Shown here one piece after another: positions 8,472 through 16,932 of a stretch of DNA of 58,544 bases. The translations under genes were made by a program, and so were the position numbers. Position 1 is the first letter of the stretch. Every line of letters starts with the position of its first letter. Source of the stretch: Eubacteriales bacterium. GTDB lineage: Bacteria > Bacillota > Clostridia > Oscillospirales > CAG-382. The notes beneath the pieces were generated by a model that saw nothing but the letters and a program-made list of their open reading frames with translations, was not told the DNA's origin and did no database searches. The DNA lies in NCBI GenBank assembly GCA_045578045.1, contig JAZNJM010000041.1:1-58544 (forward strand), written 5' to 3'.

Positions 8472-9169
8472 AAATCAATAACCCTTGAAATTTCCTCAAC
8501 AGAAATAGCTCCTACCCTTAAAATTTCGGGTTTATCCTTAACAAGCGAAACAATAGTTGATTCAACGCCAACAGACGTTTTTCCGCTATCAATAATTGCA
8601 GGAATAAGACCTTGAAAATCGTTAATAACCTGATTACACTCTTTAGGGCTTGGCATTGAAGAAATATTTGCAGAAGTACCCGCAATAGGATAATTAGTTT
8701 TTTTTGCAAGTTCAATAAAAACCTTATTTGAGGGGAATCGAATTGCAACGGTATCAAGCCCTCCCGTTACAACTGAACATAATACTTCTTTTTTTCTTAA
8801 AACAACGGTTATTGGTCCGGGAGCAAAGGCTTCGAAAAGTTTATACGCTCTTTTGTCCATATATGCAATATCTTCCCCTTGTGAAGGGTGATACAAATGG
8901 CATATTAAACCTTTTCCCGAAGGGCGTTCCTTTAACTCGTATATCATTTTACAAGCGTTTTCGTCAAGTGCATTAGCTCCAATTCCATAAACTGTTTCGG
9001 TTGGAAATCCAATAACTTCTCCATTTCGAAGATACTCAGCACATTTTTCTAAAGCAGAAAAATTTAAATCTGAATCTTTCATTTTGAATATTTCTGTTTT
9101 ATACTCTTTTTCATTCAAAAAATTTGATATAAACGTTTTTTTTCTGTTATCTGAATATATTTTATCCAT
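8468..9169 (-). CDS. tsaC: L-threonylcarbamoyladenylate synthase (TsaC/Sua5 family, no C-terminal SUA5 domain); start uncertain
   Basis: FPTETVYGIG, KERP, PGPITVV, TSANIS, ESTIV; AAGGA RBS before ATG 9169. Confidence 0.88.
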   Translation of the reverse strand: MDKIYSDNRKKTFISNFLNEKEYKTEIFKMKDSDLNFSALEKCAEYLRNGEVIGFPTETVYGIGANALDENACKMIYELKERPSGKGLICHLYHPSQGEDIAYMDKRAYKLFEAFAPGPITVVLRKKEVLCSVVTGGLDTVAIRFPSNKVFIELAKKTNYPIAGTSANISSMPSPKECNQVINDFQGLIPAIIDSGKTSVGVESTIVSLVKDKPEILRVGAISVEEISRVIDL

Positions 9170-9377
9170 TTTAAATTCCTTACAAATGTATTGTTTTCCA
9201 ATTTTACCACTTTTTGTTTTATATTTCAAGTATTTTACAATATATTTCTCAAAAAGATAAATTTTTCAGTTTGAAAAATCAAATAAAACTTTTTTATAAA
9301 TAATATGAAAAACAAGCCAGAGGCAGAAAAAATATGCAAAAACTTTATTTCTTGAGCAATATTTTTTCAAAAATCTA

Positions 9378-9406
9378 TTGTCTTTTGCTGAAAAAGATGG
9401 TATAAT
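9378..9406 (+). promoter_or_regulatory. sigmaA promoter for metA-nadABC
   Basis: TTGTCT-17 nt-TATAAT with extended TG. Confidence 0.7.
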
Positions 9407-9502
9407 GACAGAGATTAAATCAAACTATTATACTTGGATAAACGTATGATTATATAAACGTGTTTTTTATCCAATCATACGTTTCACAGTGGAGATATTG
9501 CA

Positions 9503-10420
9503 ATGCCTATAAAAATTCCCAACTCACTACCTGCCGCCGACATTCTATGTGGCGAAAATATATTCATTATGGATGAAATGAGAGCAACTGCTCAGGATAT
9601 ACGTCCTTTGAAGATTGCGATACTCAATCTTATGCCAACAAAAATCGTTACTGAAACACAGCTTCTCAGACTTTTATCCAACACACCCTTACAGGTTGAC
9701 GTGAGCTTTATGAATACCGTTTCAAGAGTCAGCAGAAATACTCCCGCCGAACACCTGAAAGCGTTTTACGGATCATTTAACGATTTCAGACATTTGAAAT
9801 TTGACGGAATGATTATAACGGGTGCTCCCGTTGAACATCTTGCCTTTAATGACGTTGATTATTGGGACGAGCTTTGCGAAATTTTTGAATGGACGAAACA
9901 TAACGTTTATTCAAAGCTATACATTTGTTGGGGTGCTCTTGCGGCTCTTAACTATCATTACGGTATAAAAAAAATAAATTACGAAGAAAAGCTGTCGGGA
10001 GTATTTGAACACAAAACGCTGATTCCCTCTCATCCTGTTACAAGAGGGTTTGACGAAGTATTTAAAGCACCTCATTCACGTTTTTCAGGCGTTAGCGAAA
10101 AAGATATATTAAAAAATTCATCTCTTGACCTCCTTGCTGTTTCTGAAAAAGCAGGTCCATATCTCATTGCTTCAAAAAAATACAGAGAGATTTTTATAAC
10201 GGGACATCCCGAATATGATTTTGATACCTTATCAAAAGAATATTTCAGAGACGTTGAAAAAGGAATATCGCCCAAAGTTCCCGAAAATTATTTTCCCGCA
10301 AACGATCCAACGAAAACACCAAAAAATTTATGGAGATCTCACGCACATCTACTTTTCTCTAACTGGCTTAATTATTGCGTTTATCAAGGAACTCCATATA
10401 ATACGGAAGAAATTATGTGA
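9503..10420 (+). CDS. metA: Homoserine O-acyltransferase, probably acetyl-CoA specific
   Basis: QDIRPL, LNLMP, TGAPVE (Glu at the specificity position indicates acetyl), ICWG, GHPEY, WRSH. Confidence 0.95.
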   Translation: MPIKIPNSLPAADILCGENIFIMDEMRATAQDIRPLKIAILNLMPTKIVTETQLLRLLSNTPLQVDVSFMNTVSRVSRNTPAEHLKAFYGSFNDFRHLKFDGMIITGAPVEHLAFNDVDYWDELCEIFEWTKHNVYSKLYICWGALAALNYHYGIKKINYEEKLSGVFEHKTLIPSHPVTRGFDEVFKAPHSRFSGVSEKDILKNSSLDLLAVSEKAGPYLIASKKYREIFITGHPEYDFDTLSKEYFRDVEKGISPKVPENYFPANDPTKTPKNLWRSHAHLLFSNWLNYCVYQGTPYNTEEIM

Positions 10421-10442
10421 AAGGCTTTTTACAATAAAGGTT

Positions 10443-11354
10443 ATGGAAAAAGATTTACGTTCGGAAATACTAAAACTAAAAAAAGAAAAAAACGCATATA
10501 TCGTTGCTCATTATTATCAGCCTCTTGAAATTCAGCTTATTGCAGACGCTGTGGGAGACTCTTTTGAGCTTGCTAAAAAATGCGTTAAAACAGACGCTGA
10601 TAGAATTATCTTTTGCGGAGTTCATTTTATGGGAGAAAGCGCAAAAATATTATCTCCCAACAAAAGAGTTTTCGTTCCGTCAAGTGATGCGGGGTGTCTT
10701 ATGGCAGATACCATAACGCCCGAAAAGCTATTAAAGCTCAAGGAAAAGCACACCGATGCAGCAGTTGTTTGCTATATCAATTCTTCGGCAGCGGTCAAAG
10801 CGTTATCAACGATTTGTTGCACTTCGTCAAATGCAAAAAAAGTTGTTGAATCTCTCCCAAATAAAAAAATAATTTTTGCTCCCGATAAAAACCTTGGAGC
10901 TCATATTGCCTCGATGTTTCCCGAAAAAGAGTTTATACTTTATGATGGATGCTGCCCTATACACAACGAGGTTACATCTGAGGAAATAATCAAAATAAAA
11001 AAAGAACGTCCAAATGCTTTAGTTCTTGCACATCCCGAATGTGTAAAAAGCGTTACAGACGAAGCAGACGTTATTGGAAGCACTTCTTTAATTCTTTCTC
11101 ACTGCGAAAAAGCGGAAGATTCTGAATTTATAATCGTAACGGAAAAAGCTATTGAAGAAAGGCTTTCTCATTTCTTCCCTAACAAAAAATTCATAACTGC
11201 CTCTGCAAAACTTGAATGTAGAGATATGAAAAAAATAACTCTTGAAAAAATATATAATTCTCTCTGTAACGATATGGGAGAAATTATTCTTGAAAAAGAA
11301 ATTTCAGAAAAAGCGTCAATCTCACTGAAAAGGATGATGGAAATAAATGCGTAG
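10443..11354 (+). CDS. nadA: Quinolinate synthase (start placed at MEKDLRS)
   Basis: AHYYQ, GDS, FCGVHFMGE, YINSSA, CTSSNA, PDKNLG, HPEC, three conserved Cys. Confidence 0.95.
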   Translation: MEKDLRSEILKLKKEKNAYIVAHYYQPLEIQLIADAVGDSFELAKKCVKTDADRIIFCGVHFMGESAKILSPNKRVFVPSSDAGCLMADTITPEKLLKLKEKHTDAAVVCYINSSAAVKALSTICCTSSNAKKVVESLPNKKIIFAPDKNLGAHIASMFPEKEFILYDGCCPIHNEVTSEEIIKIKKERPNALVLAHPECVKSVTDEADVIGSTSLILSHCEKAEDSEFIIVTEKAIEERLSHFFPNKKFITASAKLECRDMKKITLEKIYNSLCNDMGEIILEKEISEKASISLKRMMEINA

Positions 11355-12900
11355 ATATTTATTTGACTCTCAAAAACTTAATAAATCCAATATATTCGAT
11401 TATGACGTTGTTGTTGTAGGTAGCGGAATTGCAGGTCTTTACGCCGCATTACATCTTGATTCAAATTTGCAATGTGCGGTTATAACAAAAGCAAACATAA
11501 GCGAAAGCAATTCATATCTTGCTCAAGGCGGAATTGCCGCTGTTCTAACGGAAGATGATACTTATATCGCACACATTGAAGACACTTTAAGAGCAGGAGC
11601 AGGACTTTGCGATCCCGAAGCTGTTAGAGTTTTAGTTGAAGAAGGACCTGAAAACATAATGACTCTTATTGATATGAAAATCCCCTTTGACGTTAATAGC
11701 GAAGGTGATCTTCATATAACGCGTGAAGGCGGACACAGAGTAAGAAGGATAGTTCATTGCGGTGGAGATGCAACGGGAAAGGAAACGACCAAACAGCTTG
11801 GAAGGCTTGCTTTCAAAAAGGAAAATCTTCATTTCTTTATGGAATCGTATCTGATAGATATTCTGACAAACGAAGAAGGCGTTTGCGGAGTTATTTGTCA
11901 AGACGGAGATGAAATTAAAATTCTAAGAACGTCAAACGTTATTCTTGCAACGGGAGGTTGCGGACAAGTTTACAAATATACAACAAATCCAAAAGGTTCT
12001 GTTGGAGACGGTATCGCCGCAGCATACAGAGCAGGAGCTAAAATTCACAATATGGAGATGGTTCAATTTCACCCTACAACCCTTATTTCTCCACAAAAGA
12101 CAGACAGACTTTTCTTAATTTCAGAGGCTGTCAGAGGAGAGGGAGCAATTCTTAAAAATTCTGATGGAGTTGCTTTTATGAAGGGAAAACACGAGATGGC
12201 AGACCTCGCTCCAAGAGATATCGTTACGAGAGAAATATTAAAAGAGCTTTCAAGAACGGAAACAGACAGAGCTTTTCTTGATTGCAGCTCTATGACTAAG
12301 GAATTTTTCTCCCAAAGATTTCCAACGATATTTAAAGAATGTGCGGAAAGAGGAATAAATATTCCTGAGGATATGATTCCAATTCATCCTGCTCAACATT
12401 ACCTTATGGGCGGAGTTAAAACAAACCTTGACGGAATGACGGAAATTGACGGATTATACTGTTGCGGAGAAGCGGCAGAAAGCGGAATACACGGTGGAAA
12501 CAGACTTGCTTCTAATTCTGTTCTTGAATGTCTTGTTTTTGGAAGAAGAGCAGCACGTTCTATTAACGCTTCTAAAAGAGAAAAAAGAGAGCTTTATCTT
12601 CCCGTTACTCTCGAAACTGACTATTATAACACCATTAACGAAGAAAAGCTCAACGAATTTTTCATACTGATTAAGAAAACAATGTCAAAATACGTTGGAG
12701 CAGTGAGAACTCCATCAGGACTTAAAAATGCTTATACCATAATAAAAGAAATTTATGACGTTCTTGAAACAGCTCGTTTATCAAACCCATATGAATACAA
12801 AATTTACAATATGTGTCAAGTATCCTTAATGATAATTGAAGCGGCAATTGAAAGAAAAGAAAGTATTGGGGCACACTATATTCTGGAGGAAACAATATGA
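11347..12900 (+). CDS. nadB: L-aspartate oxidase
   Basis: GSGIAG, AQGGIAA, TREGGH, QFHPT, SEAVRGEG, LAPRD, HGGNRLASNS; lies between nadA and nadC. Confidence 0.95.
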   Translation: MRRYLFDSQKLNKSNIFDYDVVVVGSGIAGLYAALHLDSNLQCAVITKANISESNSYLAQGGIAAVLTEDDTYIAHIEDTLRAGAGLCDPEAVRVLVEEGPENIMTLIDMKIPFDVNSEGDLHITREGGHRVRRIVHCGGDATGKETTKQLGRLAFKKENLHFFMESYLIDILTNEEGVCGVICQDGDEIKILRTSNVILATGGCGQVYKYTTNPKGSVGDGIAAAYRAGAKIHNMEMVQFHPTTLISPQKTDRLFLISEAVRGEGAILKNSDGVAFMKGKHEMADLAPRDIVTREILKELSRTETDRAFLDCSSMTKEFFSQRFPTIFKECAERGINIPEDMIPIHPAQHYLMGGVKTNLDGMTEIDGLYCCGEAAESGIHGGNRLASNSVLECLVFGRRAARSINASKREKRELYLPVTLETDYYNTINEEKLNEFFILIKKTMSKYVGAVRTPSGLKNAYTIIKEIYDVLETARLSNPYEYKIYNMCQVSLMIIEAAIERKESIGAHYILEETI

Positions 12901-13733
12901 TTGGTGATAGATTTGATAATATTATTTTTGCTTGTTTTGATGAGGATATGCCATACGGCGATATAACAACAGAATCTGTTATTAAAGACGGAACGTTTGC
13001 CGAGGGCTTTTTCGTTGCAAAGGACAACGGAATTATATGCGGTCTTGAAATTGCAAAACGTGTTTTTGAGCTTTCAGGCGGAAACGTTGAGCTTGAATGT
13101 TATTTTGGTGATGGCGATGAAATTGAAAAAGGACAAAAAATTGCAAAAATTAAAGGAGATGCAAAATCTATTCTCAAAGGTGAAAGAACTGCTCTCAACC
13201 TTATGCAAAGGGCAAGCGGTATTGCAACTGCAACAAAAAAAGCAATTTTGTCTGTTGAAGGTACTAATGCAAAAATAACGGATACGAGAAAGACTATGCC
13301 AGGGTTAAGGCTTCTTGATAAATATGCAGTGAGAATGGGAGGAGGTTATAACCACAGAACAGGTTTATCGGATGGTGTTCTTATTAAAGATAACCATATC
13401 GCAGCCGCTGGTGGAATTAAAAACGCAGTTCTCGCAGCAAAAAAATCCGTTCCACACACGCTTAAAATTGAAGTTGAAACGGAAAACCTCGAACAAATTA
13501 AAGAAGCTCTTGAAGCAAAGGCTGATATTATTATGCTTGATAATATGTCAAATGATGAAATGAGAGAAGCCGTTTTATTCATCAACGGAAGAGCAATAAC
13601 GGAAGCAAGTGGAAATATGGGCGAAAGAGATTTAAAAGCCGTTGCAGAAACGGGCGTTGATATAATATCTATTGGTGCATTAACTCATTCTGTTAAAGCT
13701 CTCGATATCAGCCTCAAATTTTCATTAATATAA
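12897..13733 (+). CDS. nadC: Nicotinate-nucleotide diphosphorylase (carboxylating)
   Basis: GDITT, DTRKTMPGLR, NHR, IKDNH, IMLDN, EASG. Confidence 0.96.
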   Translation: MIGDRFDNIIFACFDEDMPYGDITTESVIKDGTFAEGFFVAKDNGIICGLEIAKRVFELSGGNVELECYFGDGDEIEKGQKIAKIKGDAKSILKGERTALNLMQRASGIATATKKAILSVEGTNAKITDTRKTMPGLRLLDKYAVRMGGGYNHRTGLSDGVLIKDNHIAAAGGIKNAVLAAKKSVPHTLKIEVETENLEQIKEALEAKADIIMLDNMSNDEMREAVLFINGRAITEASGNMGERDLKAVAETGVDIISIGALTHSVKALDISLKFSLI

Positions 13734-13775
13734 AAATGCCTACAACCACAATTATTTATAAAGGAGTTTTAAAAC

Positions 13776-14783
13776 GTGTTTGAAGTAATTCTCAAAGAAC
13801 TTAACATAGATTTTATTTTCAAGCTTTTCGGAACATATGAATCAAACATTAAAATAATCGAAAACGCTTTATCTGTCAAGCTGTTAAACAGAGGAGACGG
13901 ATTGAAAATCGTTGGAGAAGATTCAAAAAACGTTGAAAATGCAAAAAACGTTGTGTTGCAACTTGAAAAGCTCTCTCCTGTTAGCTCTGAATTGGACGAA
14001 AATACAGTTAATTACGTTATAGCTGAGGTTATGGACGGAAAAACGGAAGAGCTTTCCGCCTTATACAGCAACTGCATTTGCCTCACCGCAAAAGGAAAAC
14101 CTTTAAAAGCAAAAACAGTAGGTCAGCAAAAATACGTTAATTTAATTAAAACAAACACGGTTATTATGGGCGTTGGTCCTGCGGGAACGGGAAAAACGTT
14201 TCTCGCTGTTGCTATGGCAGTTACAGCTTTAAAAGAAAAGAAAATCTCAAAAATTATTTTAACACGCCCTGCCGTTGAAGCAGGTGAAAAATTAGGTTTT
14301 CTTCCGGGAGATCTTCAAAGTAAAATTGATCCATATCTTCGACCGCTTTATGATGCTCTTGGCGAAATGCTTGGAAATGAGAGCTTTCAAAAACATCTTG
14401 AAAAAGGAACTATTGAAATTGCTCCCCTTGCATATATGAGAGGAAGAACTCTTGATGATGCATTTATTATTCTTGATGAAGCACAAAATACAACGCCTGA
14501 ACAGATGAAAATGTTTCTTACCCGTTTAGGAAACAATTCAAAGGCTATCGTTACGGGAGACGTTACACAGATTGACCTTCCCTATATGAAAAAAAGCGGT
14601 CTTATTGAAGCCCTTGACATTCTCGGTGGAATTGACGGAATTGCAATTTTCCGTTTTTCTCATAAAGACGTTGTCAGACATCCACTCGTTCAGAAAATAA
14701 TTCTTGCATACGAAAAAAATGATACGAAAAAACGCAAGGACGGAGAAGAAAATCAAAGAAGGAGATTCAGACCGCTGAAATGA
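13776..14783 (+). CDS. phoH: PhoH family ATPase
   Basis: GPAGTGKT, RPAVEAGEKLGFLPGD, PLAYMRGRT, DEAQN, GDVTQIDL. Confidence 0.93.
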   Translation: MFEVILKELNIDFIFKLFGTYESNIKIIENALSVKLLNRGDGLKIVGEDSKNVENAKNVVLQLEKLSPVSSELDENTVNYVIAEVMDGKTEELSALYSNCICLTAKGKPLKAKTVGQQKYVNLIKTNTVIMGVGPAGTGKTFLAVAMAVTALKEKKISKIILTRPAVEAGEKLGFLPGDLQSKIDPYLRPLYDALGEMLGNESFQKHLEKGTIEIAPLAYMRGRTLDDAFIILDEAQNTTPEQMKMFLTRLGNNSKAIVTGDVTQIDLPYMKKSGLIEALDILGGIDGIAIFRFSHKDVVRHPLVQKIILAYEKNDTKKRKDGEENQRRRFRPLK

Positions 14784-15226
14784 CAAAAGTATATTATAAA
14801 AACAACACAAAAACAAAAATTTCAAGAAGTATAATAGCCAACATAAAAAAAGTTATTAAGATGACTGTTGAGGAAGAATATCCAGACAATCTTTTTGAAG
14901 TTTCAGTTACAATCTGTAATGACGAATATATACACAAGCTCAACAAGGAATACAGAGGTAAAGATAAAGCAACAGACGTTCTTTCTTTTCCTATTCTTGA
15001 ATTTGACACCCCTGAGGTTATGACTCTTTTGGGAGATATTATTATTTCCGTTGACACAGCTTCAAAACAAGCAGAAGAATACGGAAACACCCTTGAGCGA
15101 GAGCTTTGTTTTCTTGCCGTTCATTCTTCCCTTCATCTTCTTGGATATGACCACGAAATTTCCGAAGAAGAAGAAAAATATATGATCTCAAAACAAAAAG
15201 AAATTCTTTCAAAGGCAGGTCTTTAA
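14780..15226 (+). CDS. ybeY: rRNA maturation RNase YbeY
   Basis: LNKEYRGKDKATDVLSF, LGDI, HSSLHLLGYDH. Confidence 0.95.
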   Translation: MTKVYYKNNTKTKISRSIIANIKKVIKMTVEEEYPDNLFEVSVTICNDEYIHKLNKEYRGKDKATDVLSFPILEFDTPEVMTLLGDIIISVDTASKQAEEYGNTLERELCFLAVHSSLHLLGYDHEISEEEEKYMISKQKEILSKAGL

Positions 15227-15227
15227 T

Positions 15228-16124
15228 ATGGAACAAAAAACAGCTTTTATAACAATATCAGGAAAACCAAACGTTGGAAAATCTACGTTGCTTAACGCAC
15301 TTTTAGGCGAAAAGGTTGCTATTGTTTCAAAAAAACCGCAAACCACAAGAACGAGAATTACGGGTATTCTCACTAAAGGAAACAATCAATACGTTTTCAC
15401 AGATACACCGGGACTTCATAAACCAAAAAACCTTTTGGGACAATATATGATGAGTGTTGCAGGAAACGCAACGGCTGATGCTGATTTGATATTTTTCGTT
15501 ATAGATGTATCGGGCGGTCCTGTTTCCCTTAACGAAAAGGATACTTTGAAAAAGCTTACCAAAACAAACCAAAATGTTTTTCTTATTATAAATAAGGTTG
15601 ATAAAACAAACAAAAGTGAACTTGCAAAGGCTATTTCTGAATTATCTTCAGAAATGGAGTTTAAATCTGTTATTCCAATTTCTGCATTAACGGGTGAAGG
15701 CGTTGATATTATTCTAAATGAAATAGAGCCTTATCTCGTTGAATCTCCCCATTTTTTCCCAGACGATATATATACAGATCAACCTGAAAGACAAATTATT
15801 GCTGAAATTATAAGAGAAAAAATACTTCGTCTTCTTGAAGATGAAATACCACACGGTGTTGCTGTTGTTGTTGAAGAATTTAAAGAAAAGAAAAATGCTA
15901 TTTTTATCAGAGCTGAAATTTTTTGCGAAAAAGAGGCACACAAAGGAATTATCATCGGTAAAAATGGAGCAATGCTCAAAAAAATCGGTATGTATTCAAG
16001 AGAAGACGCTGAAAAAATATTTGATTCGAAAATTTTTCTCGACCTTTGGGTTAAGGTTAAAGAAAATTGGAGAGAAAGGCAAAGTCTTGTAAGCAATTTT
16101 GGATATAACGATTCAGAAAATTAA
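15228..16124 (+). CDS. era: GTPase Era
   Basis: GKPNVGKST, KPQTTR, DTPG, NKVD, KH domain IIIGKNG...LWVKV. Confidence 0.97.
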   Translation: MEQKTAFITISGKPNVGKSTLLNALLGEKVAIVSKKPQTTRTRITGILTKGNNQYVFTDTPGLHKPKNLLGQYMMSVAGNATADADLIFFVIDVSGGPVSLNEKDTLKKLTKTNQNVFLIINKVDKTNKSELAKAISELSSEMEFKSVIPISALTGEGVDIILNEIEPYLVESPHFFPDDIYTDQPERQIIAEIIREKILRLLEDEIPHGVAVVVEEFKEKKNAIFIRAEIFCEKEAHKGIIIGKNGAMLKKIGMYSREDAEKIFDSKIFLDLWVKVKENWRERQSLVSNFGYNDSEN

Positions 16125-16134
16125 CTTTTGATTT

Positions 16135-16932
16135 ATGAATAAAAACAACAATTTCTATCAAGGTCTTGTTATCAAAGAGGAATCAAACGGAGAAAAAGCG
16201 AAGCTGATTCACGTTTTGACACCAGATGGAATCCTTTTAATGAAAGCACCAGGAGCAAAAAATCTTAAAAGCTCAACTCATTCCGCTGTTCAGCTTTTTA
16301 CCTTAAGCGAATTTTCTGCTGTTAAAGGTAAAGGATATTATATGACAATAACGGGGGCTGTTGCGAAAAACAATTTTTTCGGACTCAGAAATAACGTTTT
16401 AAGCTATGCTCTTGCTTGTTACATATCTTCCGTTGCAGGAAAAGTTTCTGTTAACGATTCAACGTGCGGTGATATTTTAAGATTAGTTTTAAACTGTTTT
16501 TATGCATTATCAGACCTTAATTATTCAACTGATATCGTAAAACCGATTTTCGAAATAAAACTTGCTTCTGTTTGCGGTTTTTCCCCAGAGCTTTCTGTTT
16601 GTCCCAATTGCGAAAAATCAACAGACGGAGATGTTTTTGATTTTTTCACTTCGGGAATAATCTGCAAAGAATGTGAAAAAAATTATGGTATATCCATAAA
16701 AAGCAATCGTTTTTATAAACTTGACAGTTTTTCAGTTTCTATTTTGAATTATGTATCAACTTGTGAAATGAAAAAAATTTTCAAAGTTAAACCTGTTCTT
16801 GAAAACCCTGATAATCATATTAAAGCCGCTTCTTTAAGGGTTTTTTCAGAACGTTTTATATGTCATATGCTTGAATATGAACCCAAAACACTATCATTTT
16901 ATAACCAACTGATTCGGAGCATTAAAAAATGA
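16135..16932 (+). CDS. recO: DNA repair protein RecO
   Basis: N-terminal OB-fold pattern, FEIKL..GFSPEL, CxxC...CxxC zinc finger; follows era. Confidence 0.85.
   Translation: MNKNNNFYQGLVIKEESNGEKAKLIHVLTPDGILLMKAPGAKNLKSSTHSAVQLFTLSEFSAVKGKGYYMTITGAVAKNNFFGLRNNVLSYALACYISSVAGKVSVNDSTCGDILRLVLNCFYALSDLNYSTDIVKPIFEIKLASVCGFSPELSVCPNCEKSTDGDVFDFFTSGIICKECEKNYGISIKSNRFYKLDSFSVSILNYVSTCEMKKIFKVKPVLENPDNHIKAASLRVFSERFICHMLEYEPKTLSFYNQLIRSIKK

Noticed and set aside
9230-9502. Strand switch as a possible replication origin
   Set aside because: No dnaA and no DnaA-box cluster seen; explained by divergent promoters
9413-9502. Canonical SAM-I/SMK riboswitch or T-box before metA
   Set aside because: Consensus elements not found; reported instead as an unknown two-stem element
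10215-10442. 76-codon N-terminal extension of nadA overlapping metA (possible frameshift fusion)
   Set aside because: NadA-like sequence starts at 10443 with an AAAGG RBS and metA is complete; likely a chance open frame
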